A stretch of DNA of 55,391 bases from the IMG/VR virus record IMGVR_UViG_3300036771_000024, positions 1 to 55,391 of that record. The stretch is one strand, 5' to 3'. How positions within the stretch are numbered: position 1 is the first letter of the stretch; every line of letters begins with the position of its first letter. The notes beneath the pieces are model-generated. The model was not told the origin of the DNA, did no database searches, and saw only the letters and a list, made by a program, of their open reading frames with translations. This document shows, piece by piece, positions 29,453-39,455 of this stretch. The position numbers were made by a program, and so were the translations under genes. The DNA is from a virus (Duplodnaviria; Heunggongvirae; Uroviricota; Caudoviricetes).

Positions 29453-31027
29453 ATGGCCATGCCCGCGTACGCCAGCGAACCCGTCTACGGTGATCAGCGC
29501 CCGCGGATCTGCTCGGTACCCCGGTACCACTCGGACGCGACCGGGCTGGAATGCATCGAGTTCTGCAAGTCGGTAGGGTTCGAGTACGACCCGTGGCAGT
29601 CGTGGTCGCTGAAAGAATCCCTCGGCACCCGGGAGAACGGCACGTGGGCGGCTAAGGAAGTAGCGGACGTGCTGTCCCGGCAGAACGGGAAGAACGCCAT
29701 CGTGGAGGGCCGGGAGCTGTTCGGCCTGTTCGAGCTGTCAGAGCCGCTGATCATCCACACCGCGCACGAGTTCAAGGCGTCGAACGAGCATTTCCTCCGG
29801 CTCCGCGACAGGATCAAGGGCTGCGAGGAACTGGACCGCCGGGTCAAGTCGATCATCACGTCGCACGGCGAGGAAGCTGTGTCGCTGCGCCCGGCGTCGG
29901 CGCTGATCTTCGGTTCGCACGCCAGGCTGGTCCGCAAGTCGGTGGCACCCCGGCTCAGGTTCCTCGCCCGGTCCCGTGGTTCAGGCCGGTCGTTCACGTG
30001 TAACTGCCTGGTGTGGGACGAGGCGATGATCCTGACCACCGACCAGGTGGGCGCTTCGATGCCTACAATGAGTGCTGTACCGAACCCTCAGCTCTGGTAC
30101 CTCGCGTCAGCCGGGTACCCCGACAGCACGCAGCTAGCTTCGGTGCGACGTCGGGGTATCCGCGGGGACGATGACCGGCTCGCGTACTTCGAGTGGTCGA
30201 TCCGCCCGCACAACGAGATGTGCCCGCGGGATGAGCGTAAGGGCCGCAGGTCGAACCAGTTCATCATCTGCGACCAGCATGACGACCGGGATGACATCGC
30301 GTCGTGGGCGAAGGCGAACCCCGCGCTGGGTTACCGGATCGCCGCTGAGCATGTCGCGTGGGAACTTGACAGCATGCCCGACGACGCGTTCAACGTGGAA
30401 CGTCTGGGTGCCGGTCACTGGCCCACCGACGAAGAGGGCTGGCTGGTCGTCTCCGAGGAACAGTGGAACGCGTGCGAGACCACCGTCATGGGCGGCGCTG
30501 TCACCCCGGTGTGCTTCGCCGTGGACGTGACGCCCGACCTGACCGCTGCGTGCATCTCCGTGGCATGGCAGCGTCCCAGCGACGGGCTGATCATCGTGGA
30601 GATCCCGAAGGACTGCTTCCGCCCGGGCACCGGGTGGGTGGTCCCGAGGCTGCTGGAGCTGCGGCGCAAGTGGAAGCCGCTGGGTATCGCCGTGCCGAAG
30701 ACAGCACCCGCGTCGGCGCTGATAGACGACGGCGAGAACAAGGGCCTGGACTTCCTGAAAGCCGGTGCGTCCGAAGAGGCGCAGGCGTTCACCCTGATGG
30801 TCACCGCGATCCGCGACAAGCAGATCGGGCAGCTCGGCCCCGACGAGGCCCCCTACCTGCGGTCCGCGGTCGCACGGGCTGAGACCAGGGACGTGGGAGA
30901 CGGGATGCGCGGCTGGTCGAGGAAGAACACCGCCAGTGACATCACCCCGCTGACATCGGCGACGCTAGCGCACTGGGCGTTCAACCGGCTGCGCCGCAGC
31001 TATAATCCCATACGCAGCATCGGGTGA
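29453..31027 (+). CDS. terminase large subunit
   Basis: SRQNGKN (Walker A), LVWDEAM (Walker B), ANPALG, FAVDVTPD nuclease Asp, DITPLTSATLA. Confidence 0.93.
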   Translation: MAMPAYASEPVYGDQRPRICSVPRYHSDATGLECIEFCKSVGFEYDPWQSWSLKESLGTRENGTWAAKEVADVLSRQNGKNAIVEGRELFGLFELSEPLIIHTAHEFKASNEHFLRLRDRIKGCEELDRRVKSIITSHGEEAVSLRPASALIFGSHARLVRKSVAPRLRFLARSRGSGRSFTCNCLVWDEAMILTTDQVGASMPTMSAVPNPQLWYLASAGYPDSTQLASVRRRGIRGDDDRLAYFEWSIRPHNEMCPRDERKGRRSNQFIICDQHDDRDDIASWAKANPALGYRIAAEHVAWELDSMPDDAFNVERLGAGHWPTDEEGWLVVSEEQWNACETTVMGGAVTPVCFAVDVTPDLTAACISVAWQRPSDGLIIVEIPKDCFRPGTGWVVPRLLELRRKWKPLGIAVPKTAPASALIDDGENKGLDFLKAGASEEAQAFTLMVTAIRDKQIGQLGPDEAPYLRSAVARAETRDVGDGMRGWSRKNTASDITPLTSATLAHWAFNRLRRSYNPIRSIG

Positions 31028-31037
31028 GAGAAGCGAA

Positions 31038-31307
31038 ATGGCGGCGCTGAGCCCGGACGACGTGTTCAGGCTCAAGCATTCCCTGGCAGAAGCTGACGGG
31101 AATCACTACTACGGTGACGGCGGCACGATACATGGCACCGGATACCTGGACATAGAGATCGACCCGGCGACAGGCGAGGTGACCGCTGTGTGGTTCCGCT
31201 GCCTGAACCTTCCGTTCAGGACGTTCAGCCGGGACGAGCCCGCGGTAGTCAATCCTGATATCGGGATACGCGGGGTTGAGTACCGCGAAAGAGGCGAAGG
31301 TAAATGA
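31038..31307 (+). CDS. hypothetical protein
   Basis: 89-aa ORF coupled to the next gene. Confidence 0.55.
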   Translation: MAALSPDDVFRLKHSLAEADGNHYYGDGGTIHGTGYLDIEIDPATGEVTAVWFRCLNLPFRTFSRDEPAVVNPDIGIRGVEYRERGEGK

Positions 31308-32188
31308 TCAGCACCTGGACGACTACCCGCGGGATCATCCCGTGGAATCCTGTATCGAAGGAGAACCCGTATCCGCTCGGCCGTAACCTGTACCACGACT
31401 CACGGAACCGGGCGTACCCGTGGAAGCGGCAGCTCCCCGTGGAGATGATGACCTCGCAGGACTGGCCCCGTCACATCCCTATCCTGGATCAGGGTCAGGT
31501 CGGTTCGTGTACCGGCAACGAGCAGGTCGGCGCGCTGGGTACAGGTCCCCTGTTCGACGCCCTCTCTGCCGGTCATCCCTCGCTGGATGAGGCACTGGCG
31601 CTGAAGATCTACTCGGGTGCCGAGACGATCGACGGTGACGGGCCCTACCCGCCGAACGACAACGGTTCGAGCGGTCCGTCAGCAGCGCAGGTCGCGAAGA
31701 ACCTGGGGCTCATCTCCGGGTACCTGCACTGCTTCTCCCTCACCGACGTGCTGGACGCGCTGGAAACCGGGCCGGTGGGCATCGGGTCGAACTGGTATGA
31801 CTCGATGGACCGCCCGGACAGCTCGGGCCTGGTCTCCATATCAGCTAACGCGAGCGTCCGCGGGGGCCACGAGTACCTGTGCAGGGGTAAGGACATGGAC
31901 CGGAAGATGGTCCACCTGGACAACTCGTGGGGGACCTCGTTCGGTCTCAGCGGTTCGTTCATGTACTCCTTCGACACGCTGGAAAGGCTGCTCGCAGAGC
32001 AAGGTGACGGGACCGTGTCACTTCCCTTGTCAGTACCGGCACCCGTCCCGGTGCCTGTTCCCGTACCGGTCGACCCGGACCACGTGTTCGCGCAGGTGCT
32101 GCACCCCTGGGTCCTGCTGCATCACGTCGGGGGGAACAAGGTCGTATCGCGTGAGGCGCAGGTCTGGATGAAGGCTAAGGGGCTGTGA
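31304..32188 (+). CDS. papain-family (C1A-like) cysteine peptidase
   Basis: LDQGQVGSCTGN (Gln/Cys), GGHEY (His), LDNSWGTSFG (Asn). Confidence 0.85.
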   Translation: MISTWTTTRGIIPWNPVSKENPYPLGRNLYHDSRNRAYPWKRQLPVEMMTSQDWPRHIPILDQGQVGSCTGNEQVGALGTGPLFDALSAGHPSLDEALALKIYSGAETIDGDGPYPPNDNGSSGPSAAQVAKNLGLISGYLHCFSLTDVLDALETGPVGIGSNWYDSMDRPDSSGLVSISANASVRGGHEYLCRGKDMDRKMVHLDNSWGTSFGLSGSFMYSFDTLERLLAEQGDGTVSLPLSVPAPVPVPVPVPVDPDHVFAQVLHPWVLLHHVGGNKVVSREAQVWMKAKGL

Positions 32189-32511
32189 TGGCAGCGGAAA
32201 CCCAGCAGTTCCCCATCCCCGACCAGGGATACAGGAGCAAGGCGAAGTCACGGCTGGAGTCAGTCCCACGGGGCCAGATCAGCGAGCACGCTGACAAGGT
32301 CCGCGCTGGCGAGACGTTCGCTATGGTCATCACCGCGTTCTTCTTCGCGATCGGCTGGACGTTCGGTGCTTCGTGGCGGGCCGTGGTGTTCTGCTGCCTC
32401 GCCATCCGGTACGGATACCGGGCTGGTGCGCACGTCACAGTGGAAGCTCAGCAGCCTGAACCGGCGCGCAGGACACGCCCGGGGCCGGGTGGCACCTTCA
32501 TAGAAGAGTAA
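32185..32511 (+). CDS. membrane protein
   Basis: FAMVITAFFFAIGWTFGASWRAVVFCCLAI segment. Confidence 0.65.
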   Translation: MMAAETQQFPIPDQGYRSKAKSRLESVPRGQISEHADKVRAGETFAMVITAFFFAIGWTFGASWRAVVFCCLAIRYGYRAGAHVTVEAQQPEPARRTRPGPGGTFIEE

Positions 32512-32825
32512 GCGCCTGGGGTGGGAGAGCGCGCCGAGCCCTACTCGCGCTCCTGCCCGGGGTACCTGAGGGTCAGTGCGGACTGGTATTGCCCAGTCCC
32601 AATCCGGGCGGCGGGGACTAGTACGTCCCACCCGCAGGTTAGCTCCCCCTCCACCGGTGAGGGTGGACTGGGCCCGTTCCAGACCAGGATTTGCATCCTG
32701 CGGATACGCCCAGGGCCTGCGGCCGGGGGACCGGGCTGGACCACCGGTTGAAGGGGGCCCAGCCGCGTGCTCCGTTCACGTGAGCACTGAGAGCATACCA
32801 AACCACAACACGGGAGGGAAGACCT

Positions 32826-34472
32826 GTGGGCCTTGTCGACCGTGTGCGTGAAAGCAGGACAGAACAGCGCGTCATCGGGGGAGTGCCCTGGAGGCCGTGG
32901 GACTCGCCTTATTTCCCGTTCAACACGGGCGGGCCGGTCCACCCGACCCGCTCGTTCTACGGTGCTGACGAGGCATTGCGCCTGGTCCCCGTGTATGCAG
33001 CGGTGAGGATGATCGCCGAATACATCGCCAGTTTGCCGTTGAAAATGTACATCAAGACGGACACGGGGCAGAAGCGGTGGGATGGCCCGTCGATCTTCGA
33101 TGACCCGTCCCCGTCCACGAACATCATGGACTGGCTGTACGAGTGCCTGGTGTCACTGCTGCTGCACGGCAACGCGTGGGGTTTCATCCTGTCACGTGAC
33201 GGCTACGGATATCCGCAGCAGATCCAGTGGATGCCCCCGGAAATGGTGCAGGTCATAGACGACGAGTCGCAGCCGTTTAACCCGCTGCGGTCCCGGGTGT
33301 ACTTCTACGGCCGGCTGATGCGCCGGGAAGACTACTTTCACATCAAGGCGTTCTCGCTCCCGGGCCGCACCGAGGGGATCAGCCCGCTGCGTGCGTTCGC
33401 GCTGACGATCCTGAACGGCCTCGAAGCGACCCGGTACGGCACTGACTGGTTCAAGGCCGGGGGTTTCCCGCCCGGTACGTTCAAGAACAACGAGATCGAG
33501 GTCAACCCCGAGGACGCAGCTGAGATCCGGTCGATGCTGAACACGTCGATCCGCAGGCGCGAACCCCTGGTGTACGGCAGGGACTGGGATTACCACCCGG
33601 TAACTGTGCCGCCGAGTGAAGCGCAGTTCATTGAGGCAATGCAAATGAACGCGACGCAGATCGCCGCGGTGTACGGGCTGCCCCCCGACCGTGTTGGCGG
33701 CAAGCGGGGTGACTCTCTCACCTACTCAACGACGCAGCAGGCCGCGATCCAGATCATCGAGGCGCTCCGCCCGTGGCTGGTCCGGCTGGAGACAGCGTTC
33801 TTCAACATCCTGCCGCAGCGCCGGATTGTCCGGTTCAACTCTGATGCGCTGCTGAAAACCGACCTGTCTGAACGCGCCGCGATCTACCAGACGTGGCGGC
33901 AGATCGGTTTCAAGTCGATCGATGAGATGCGGGAAACGGAAGACCTGGAGCCGCTGCCCAATAAGACGGGTACGGATAACATCCCGCTCGAAGCGATCGT
34001 CGCGATGGCACGGTCGGTCCGGGCGATCCCGAATGAGCTGCTCCCGCAGGTCACACTGGAACAGCGGCTGCTGTACGAATACTTGCAGTCGCTCGCAGCA
34101 GGTGCCGAACCTCCAGGGTTGCCGCCGGGTGGCACACCGGCCGCGGCAGGCCCGGGTGCTTCTGACGCCCCGCCAGCGGTCAACGCGCCGGGTGCTGCCG
34201 GGGCTAATGTGTCAGGCCCTGGTGGTGCAGGGGGTTTCCAGCCGCCGAACGTGCTCCAGCAGATCGTCAAGGACATGCTGTCCGTACGCAAAAACGAGGA
34301 GATGCCGGCCGGTCAGTATGGTCTGCCACCGGAGGTCCTCGCACAGATCGTCGCCGCGGTCCGCCAGGCGGAACGCGACGAGGCACTGGGCCCAGAGTAT
34401 GTGGGGCCGTGGATTCCGCCCGGTAAAACAGCCCATAATGGCCGTCATGGCAGCAACGGGCGTGATCATTAG
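32826..34472 (+). CDS. HK97-family portal protein with Pro/Gly/Ala-rich C-terminal extension
   Basis: ALRLVPVYAAVRMIAEYIASLPL, LLLHGNAW, HIKAFSLPG..GISPL, IAAVYGLPP..VG. Confidence 0.92.
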   Translation: MGLVDRVRESRTEQRVIGGVPWRPWDSPYFPFNTGGPVHPTRSFYGADEALRLVPVYAAVRMIAEYIASLPLKMYIKTDTGQKRWDGPSIFDDPSPSTNIMDWLYECLVSLLLHGNAWGFILSRDGYGYPQQIQWMPPEMVQVIDDESQPFNPLRSRVYFYGRLMRREDYFHIKAFSLPGRTEGISPLRAFALTILNGLEATRYGTDWFKAGGFPPGTFKNNEIEVNPEDAAEIRSMLNTSIRRREPLVYGRDWDYHPVTVPPSEAQFIEAMQMNATQIAAVYGLPPDRVGGKRGDSLTYSTTQQAAIQIIEALRPWLVRLETAFFNILPQRRIVRFNSDALLKTDLSERAAIYQTWRQIGFKSIDEMRETEDLEPLPNKTGTDNIPLEAIVAMARSVRAIPNELLPQVTLEQRLLYEYLQSLAAGAEPPGLPPGGTPAAAGPGASDAPPAVNAPGAAGANVSGPGGAGGFQPPNVLQQIVKDMLSVRKNEEMPAGQYGLPPEVLAQIVAAVRQAERDEALGPEYVGPWIPPGKTAHNGRHGSNGRDH

Positions 34473-34486
34473 AAAGGGTCAGGTAA

Positions 34487-35500
34487 ATGGCCGAAATTAG
34501 CTCAGCCGCCCAGAACGACCTTCCCGACTCCAGTTTCGCCTACGTGGAGCCGGGCGGCATGAAGGACGCCCAGGGCAAGACAACGCCCCGGAGCAAGCGG
34601 CACTTCCCGATTCACGACGCCGCACATGTGCGGAACGCCCTGGCGCGGGCTTCGCAGTCCCCGTTCGGGAAGATGGCCATGCCCAAGATCGTCTCAGCCG
34701 CGAGGCGGTTCGGCGTTACGGTCACTGCCGGGCAGCGGGCGTTCGGCGGCCTGGACCCCGACAGTGCATCGTTCCCCGAGCGGCGGTTCACCCGGTTCCC
34801 GCTGGAACTGCGTGCTGACCCCGCGGGTAAGCAGGGTGCCCAGCACATCTGGGGATACGCTGCGTGCTTCGGTAAGCTGTCCCGCAGGCTGGGCGGTTTC
34901 GTTGAGCAGGTGGGCACGAACGCGTTCGATGAGTCGAAGACCGAAGGCTGGCCGGATGTGGTATGCCGGTACAACCACAAGGACGACGCGCTCCTGGGCA
35001 CCACATACGCGCGGACGCTGACTCTGGGGATCGATGAGACGGGCCTCGCGTACGACGTGGAACCACCGCAAGCCCGCGCCGACGTGCTGGAATATGTGCA
35101 GCGCGGTGACATCAGGCACTCCTCATTCGCGTTCAGGGTCTTCCCCGGTGGTGACGAGTGGGGCGTGTCGGAGTTCGACTACCCGATGCGGACGCTCCAC
35201 GCGGTGCAGCTGATCGATGTCGCACCGGTACTCGACCCGGCTTACCCGGATGCCACGGCTGCTGCACGGGCGATGGACGGCGCGGTCCGGTCCCTGGCTG
35301 AATGGGTTCAGGCCGAACCAGACGAAGTACGGGAGCGCCTGGTGGAGAACAGGGCGATGGAGTTCTTCAAGCGGACCGACAACATCAGCCCCGCACGTCA
35401 GGCATCCAAGCAGCAGGAGCGCAAGAAGACCCTCACGGGTGCGCTGGCGATGCTGGACCTGCTGGACAACGCGCAGGACCCGTACGCAGAAACCGAGTAA
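34487..35500 (+). CDS. HK97-type prohead protease with extra N-terminal domain
   Basis: GYAACFGKLS..LGGFVEQV, YNHKDD.LLG, SSFAFRV, DVAPVLDPAYPD. Confidence 0.9.
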   Translation: MAEISSAAQNDLPDSSFAYVEPGGMKDAQGKTTPRSKRHFPIHDAAHVRNALARASQSPFGKMAMPKIVSAARRFGVTVTAGQRAFGGLDPDSASFPERRFTRFPLELRADPAGKQGAQHIWGYAACFGKLSRRLGGFVEQVGTNAFDESKTEGWPDVVCRYNHKDDALLGTTYARTLTLGIDETGLAYDVEPPQARADVLEYVQRGDIRHSSFAFRVFPGGDEWGVSEFDYPMRTLHAVQLIDVAPVLDPAYPDATAAARAMDGAVRSLAEWVQAEPDEVRERLVENRAMEFFKRTDNISPARQASKQQERKKTLTGALAMLDLLDNAQDPYAETE

Positions 35501-35701
35501 GAAAATCATCAGGCACCGACTCCAGACCCCGGCCCCTGCCTGCTTCAGTGCATGGAGGGCGTCGTGGAGAAACTCGTCAACGGGCTGCCTGGCCCGCACG
35601 AGTCGTGGCAGGAACTAGCTGACCACAGCATCGAACATGACCAGCTGCCGGAACCCGTGGTCCCGGTAGCAGGGTGATTTACAACTTAATAGCGCCACCG
35701 A

Positions 35702-35756
35702 GGCCGTAGCCACCCTTCGGGTGCGGACGGAGCCGGTTCTTAACAGATCCGTCCGT
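35702..35756 (+). promoter_or_regulatory. structured leader of major capsid gene
   Basis: CACC-CTTCG-GGTG hairpin; CGGACGGA can pair with TCCGTCCG just upstream of AAGGAGG RBS. Confidence 0.4.
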
Positions 35757-35776
35757 AGCAGTAAGGAGGGCCAGTC

Positions 35777-37015
35777 ATGGCCAGTGAAGTTGCTAAGCGG
35801 CTTCGCGACAGGCGGCTCAACGTGTGGAGCGAGGCGAAGAAGATCGCCGAAGATGCCGCCGCTGAGAACCGCGCGTTCACCCCTGAGGAGCAGGGTAAGT
35901 GGGACGCGATGCAGGAAGAGATGCGGACCCTCGACACGCGGATCGGTGCCGTTCTCGACACCGAGAAGCGCGCCAAGGCCGCAGACGACGCGTTCAACGA
36001 CCTTGAGGGTCGCCCGCGTGAGGGTGCACAGGAGCAGCGGCAGAGTGACATGGCCGCTGAGGTCCGCAAGTGGGCACGCGGCGAAGAGGGTGCCGGTCGC
36101 GCCCTTGAGATCCGCCGTCAGGCATCAGGCCCGGTTAACTACCGGACCCTGCTGACCACGGGCACCGCATCCTCGGTTATCCCGACCGACTTCTACGACC
36201 AGCTCATCGCCCACCTCATCGAGGTTTCGGGTGTCATGCAGTGCGGTCCCACGGTCCTGAACACCGGGGGCGGCGAAACGCTCCAGGTGCCGAAGACCAC
36301 CGCTCACTCCACCGCCGCCTCGGCAGCACAGGCCGGACTGATCCCCAGCTCCGACCCCACGTTCTCGATGCAGCCTCTGTCCGCTTACAAGTACGGCATC
36401 CTCTTGCAGGTCGCCCGTGAGCTGATCGATGACACCGCGGTGGACCTGCTCGGATACCTCGCGATGCAGGCAGGCCGTGCGCTTGGTAACGCATTCGGCA
36501 CCGACCTCGTTAACGGCACCGGTACCAGCCAGCCAGCTGGTATCGTTACCACCGCTACGACTGGCGTCACCGGCGCTACTACCGGTGTTTCCGGCGCACC
36601 GTCGTATGCGAACCTGGTCGACCTCGAATACTCGGTTATCGCGCCGTACCGTCAGTCCCGGAGCTGCTACTGGCTGGCGGCTGACAAGACCATCGGCGGT
36701 TTCCGGAAGATCACCGACACGACCGGCCGTCCGATCTGGGAGCCCTCCGCGGTTCTCGGCTCTCCGGACCTGCTGCTGGGTAAGCCCCTGGTGGCTGACC
36801 CGTTCATGCCCGCCCAGGCGCTGTCCGCGAAGTGCATCGCTTTCGGTGACTTTTCGCAGTACTTCGTCAGGCTGGTCGGCGGGGTCCGTTTCGAGCGTTC
36901 GGACGACTTCGCCTTCGGCACCGACCTGGTGACGTTCCGCGCGATCCTGCGTGGTGACGGAACCCTGGTCGACCGCACCGGGGCGATCAAGCTGTACGTC
37001 GGCGCTGCGACCTGA
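35777..37015 (+). CDS. HK97-fold major capsid protein with N-terminal delta (scaffold) domain
   Basis: Coiled-coil N-terminus, VIPTDF, VARELIDD, NGTGTSQPAGI, LLGKPLV, FGDFSQYFV, DLVTFRAILRGDG. Confidence 0.95.
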   Translation: MASEVAKRLRDRRLNVWSEAKKIAEDAAAENRAFTPEEQGKWDAMQEEMRTLDTRIGAVLDTEKRAKAADDAFNDLEGRPREGAQEQRQSDMAAEVRKWARGEEGAGRALEIRRQASGPVNYRTLLTTGTASSVIPTDFYDQLIAHLIEVSGVMQCGPTVLNTGGGETLQVPKTTAHSTAASAAQAGLIPSSDPTFSMQPLSAYKYGILLQVARELIDDTAVDLLGYLAMQAGRALGNAFGTDLVNGTGTSQPAGIVTTATTGVTGATTGVSGAPSYANLVDLEYSVIAPYRQSRSCYWLAADKTIGGFRKITDTTGRPIWEPSAVLGSPDLLLGKPLVADPFMPAQALSAKCIAFGDFSQYFVRLVGGVRFERSDDFAFGTDLVTFRAILRGDGTLVDRTGAIKLYVGAAT

Positions 37016-37019
37016 TCTG

Positions 37020-37319
37020 ATGTCCAACAAGCGGAAGCTGAAGGTTTCCGGTGCGGAACCCGCGGAACGCTGCTCGTCCTGCGGGCGGCGTATCGGGGCT
37101 AACGCTGACGCCTTGCGGTTGCGGACCGGCCAGGTTATCTGCCCGCGTTGCCGCCAGTCGGGGGACCTCCCCCGGCTGGCGTGCGGGCATTACGCTCTGC
37201 CCGGGACGCTGATCAGCTCAGACAGCGAAGATCACAGCACGATGCAGTGCCCGCGCTGCTCACCGGTAGCGGGTAAGTTCGGCATGGCAAGGCTTGGCCT
37301 GCCCCAGCAGGGGCAGTAG
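37020..37319 (+). CDS. zinc-finger protein
   Basis: CSSC, CPRC, CGH, CPRC. Confidence 0.6.
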   Translation: MSNKRKLKVSGAEPAERCSSCGRRIGANADALRLRTGQVICPRCRQSGDLPRLACGHYALPGTLISSDSEDHSTMQCPRCSPVAGKFGMARLGLPQQGQ

Positions 37320-37322
37320 TAT

Positions 37323-37365
37323 CTGACCGCACCGGCGGAGACACGGGCTCCGCTGGTGCGGCCAG
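37323..37365 (+). terminator. long hairpin after capsid/ZnF genes
   Basis: CTG-A-CCGCACC-GGCGGAG / CTCCGCT-GGTGCGG-C-CAG. Confidence 0.55.
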
Positions 37366-37399
37366 TCATAAGATGCATGAAGAAGATAGGAGAGGTGCC

Positions 37400-38640
37400 A
37401 TGGCGGGTACTAACCAGCCGAGTCAGAAGCCGGACGGCGGCGGCCAGCGTGCTGGTGGCGGTCGTGGCTACTCTGGCGTTTCCGGGGGTAATGACCCCAC
37501 GACCGAACCGGGTCAGTACCCACCGGCCAGCGACGGTGGTATTTTCGGTGGCCCCCTCCCCACGGGGACGGGCGCACCGGGCACGACCGGCGGACGTGGC
37601 GGTGGCGATGACACGACTGAGCCGGGTCAGCTGACTGACGGCCTGACTGGTGTCGATGACTCGGATATCACCAGCACGGGTGCCCCGGGTACGTCCACTT
37701 CCCCGGGTAGCGGTGGTGGCGGCACGTCGGTCACCTACACGAAGATGGGGTCGCACCTGACGGGTACGTACCAGTCGGAGACTTCCAGCGAGACCCTCAC
37801 CGGTCCTGGTGAGTCGACCGAGGCGAACAGTGAGGGTTACGCGACGGGCGGCCCGCAGCTCCCCGGTATCAAGGGGAACGAGCCGGTACCTGGCGGGAAA
37901 TACCAGCCTGGCAGTGGCCGGGTCCTGCGTGGCGGAAGGGCGGTGCGGGGATGAGTGACGTAGCACGTCAGTACCCGCCTGGTTCGGAACCATCGAAGGG
38001 TGGCGGCCTGCTGGCGGTGCAGTACCCGCCCGGCCTGGAGAAGGCCAGTCACCAGAACAAGGACCTGGCGCACGACTACAAGGATGACCGGACCAAGTAG
38101 GAGGCCGCTATGCAGGATCTTTCTAACCTGCTGAAGCCCGACCCGGTGACCGCCCTGGCTCCCACGTCGCAGGCTGGCGGGAACCAGATCGTCAGTAACG
38201 CGAACGCGCAGACCGCGCCGGGCAGCCAGCCTGCGCAGCCAGCGACGAGTATCACCGGTGAGGTCATCGATCACAACGAGCCGGTCATCCCGGCTTCCGG
38301 GCCGAAGATCCCGCCTGGCACGGATGGTAAGCCGCAGCCTGGTAAAACGTGGTCGCCGGGTGCACCGGCGTGGAAGAAGTAGGAGGAAATCATGCCTCAA
38401 GTTCCTGCCCCGGTCGAGGGCACCCCGAATCTGCCGTACCAGCCGTATGACGCGTCCGCCGAGGGCACGTCGGACACCGCACCAGGCCCCGGCCAGGTGT
38501 ATGACGGCAACAGCGGTGCAGACCCGACCGGCTGGGAGAAGCTGCGTGACGGCGGTGCTGCTGACATGAGCAGCGGCCGGGTCACCGGTGGCTGGCCTGA
38601 TAACGGCACGTCTGACGGTTCTGCCTGGAAGCAGACCTGA
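37400..38640 (+). CDS. four low-complexity Gly/Pro/Thr/Ser-rich proteins (37400..37954, 37951..38100, 38110..38382, 38392..38640)
   Basis: Strong RBSs (GGAG/AGGAGG); composition seen directly; TTEPGQ...TGAPGT duplicated in the first. Confidence 0.7.
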
Positions 38641-38780
38641 TCCTGCGCCGGTTAGCGGCTGGCACCTGGAGGGCCCATGTGGTGGGTTACTGTCACTGGT
38701 GCGGCGGTTGGTCGCTGGAACCTCTCGATTCCTCATACATGTGCGGGCGGTGCCGGGATGGGTGGAGAGAAGCACACACC

Positions 38781-39455
38781 ATGCGTGACCTGCTGATCAT
38801 CACCCCGACCCGGGGCCGCCCTCACGGGGCCCAGCGCCTGATCGACGCGGTAGAGAAAACCTCCACAGCCGTGACTGACCTGGTGTTCGCGATGGACGAC
38901 GACGACCCGTCTTACCCTGGCCTGACCGGGCGGTTCGAGTCAACTAGCGGCCCGAGAGACACGTGCGGCGGGTGGACGAACAAGATCGCCGCTGAACGCC
39001 TGGGCAGGTACCACGCGATCGCGTCGATCGGTGACGACCATGAGCCTCTCACCCGCGGGTGGGACACCATACTGCTGAACGCCATCGTGGACATGGGCGG
39101 TACGGGTATCGCCTACGGGAACGACACTGAGCACGGTGAAGACGTTCCTACCGCAGCGGTGATCAGCTCTGACATCGTGGCGGCACTGGGCTGGGTGTTC
39201 GAGCCGACCATGAATCACTTCTACGCCGACCTGGTGTGGAAAGAGATAGCGTGGGCGTCGTGCCTGGCGTACCTGCCTGGCGTGATCATCAAGCATTACA
39301 ACCCGAACTACGGCACCGCCCCCATGGATGACACGTACACGGAGGCCCGTGACCGTTACGGTGAAGACGGCGACGCGTACAAGGTGTGGGGTGAGCACCG
39401 CCGCGCTGCTGACACTGCCACGGTCAGGGCACTGGCACAGGCCAGGCGGTCGTGA
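38781..39455 (+). CDS. GT-A (GT2-like) glycosyltransferase
   Basis: LLIITPTRGRP, FAMDDDD, IGDDH, YGND, HFYADLVW. Confidence 0.75.
   Translation: MRDLLIITPTRGRPHGAQRLIDAVEKTSTAVTDLVFAMDDDDPSYPGLTGRFESTSGPRDTCGGWTNKIAAERLGRYHAIASIGDDHEPLTRGWDTILLNAIVDMGGTGIAYGNDTEHGEDVPTAAVISSDIVAALGWVFEPTMNHFYADLVWKEIAWASCLAYLPGVIIKHYNPNYGTAPMDDTYTEARDRYGEDGDAYKVWGEHRRAADTATVRALAQARRS

Noticed and set aside
32521-32825. 76-aa ORF or ncRNA before the portal gene
   Set aside because: No RBS or motif, only short hairpins; insufficient support either way
37232-37993. Long antisense ORFs in the track (also 41275..42225, 43491..44363, 54795..55388 and many + strand ORFs in 1-28 kb)
   Set aside because: Shadows of real genes on the opposite strand in high-GC DNA; no RBS or motifs
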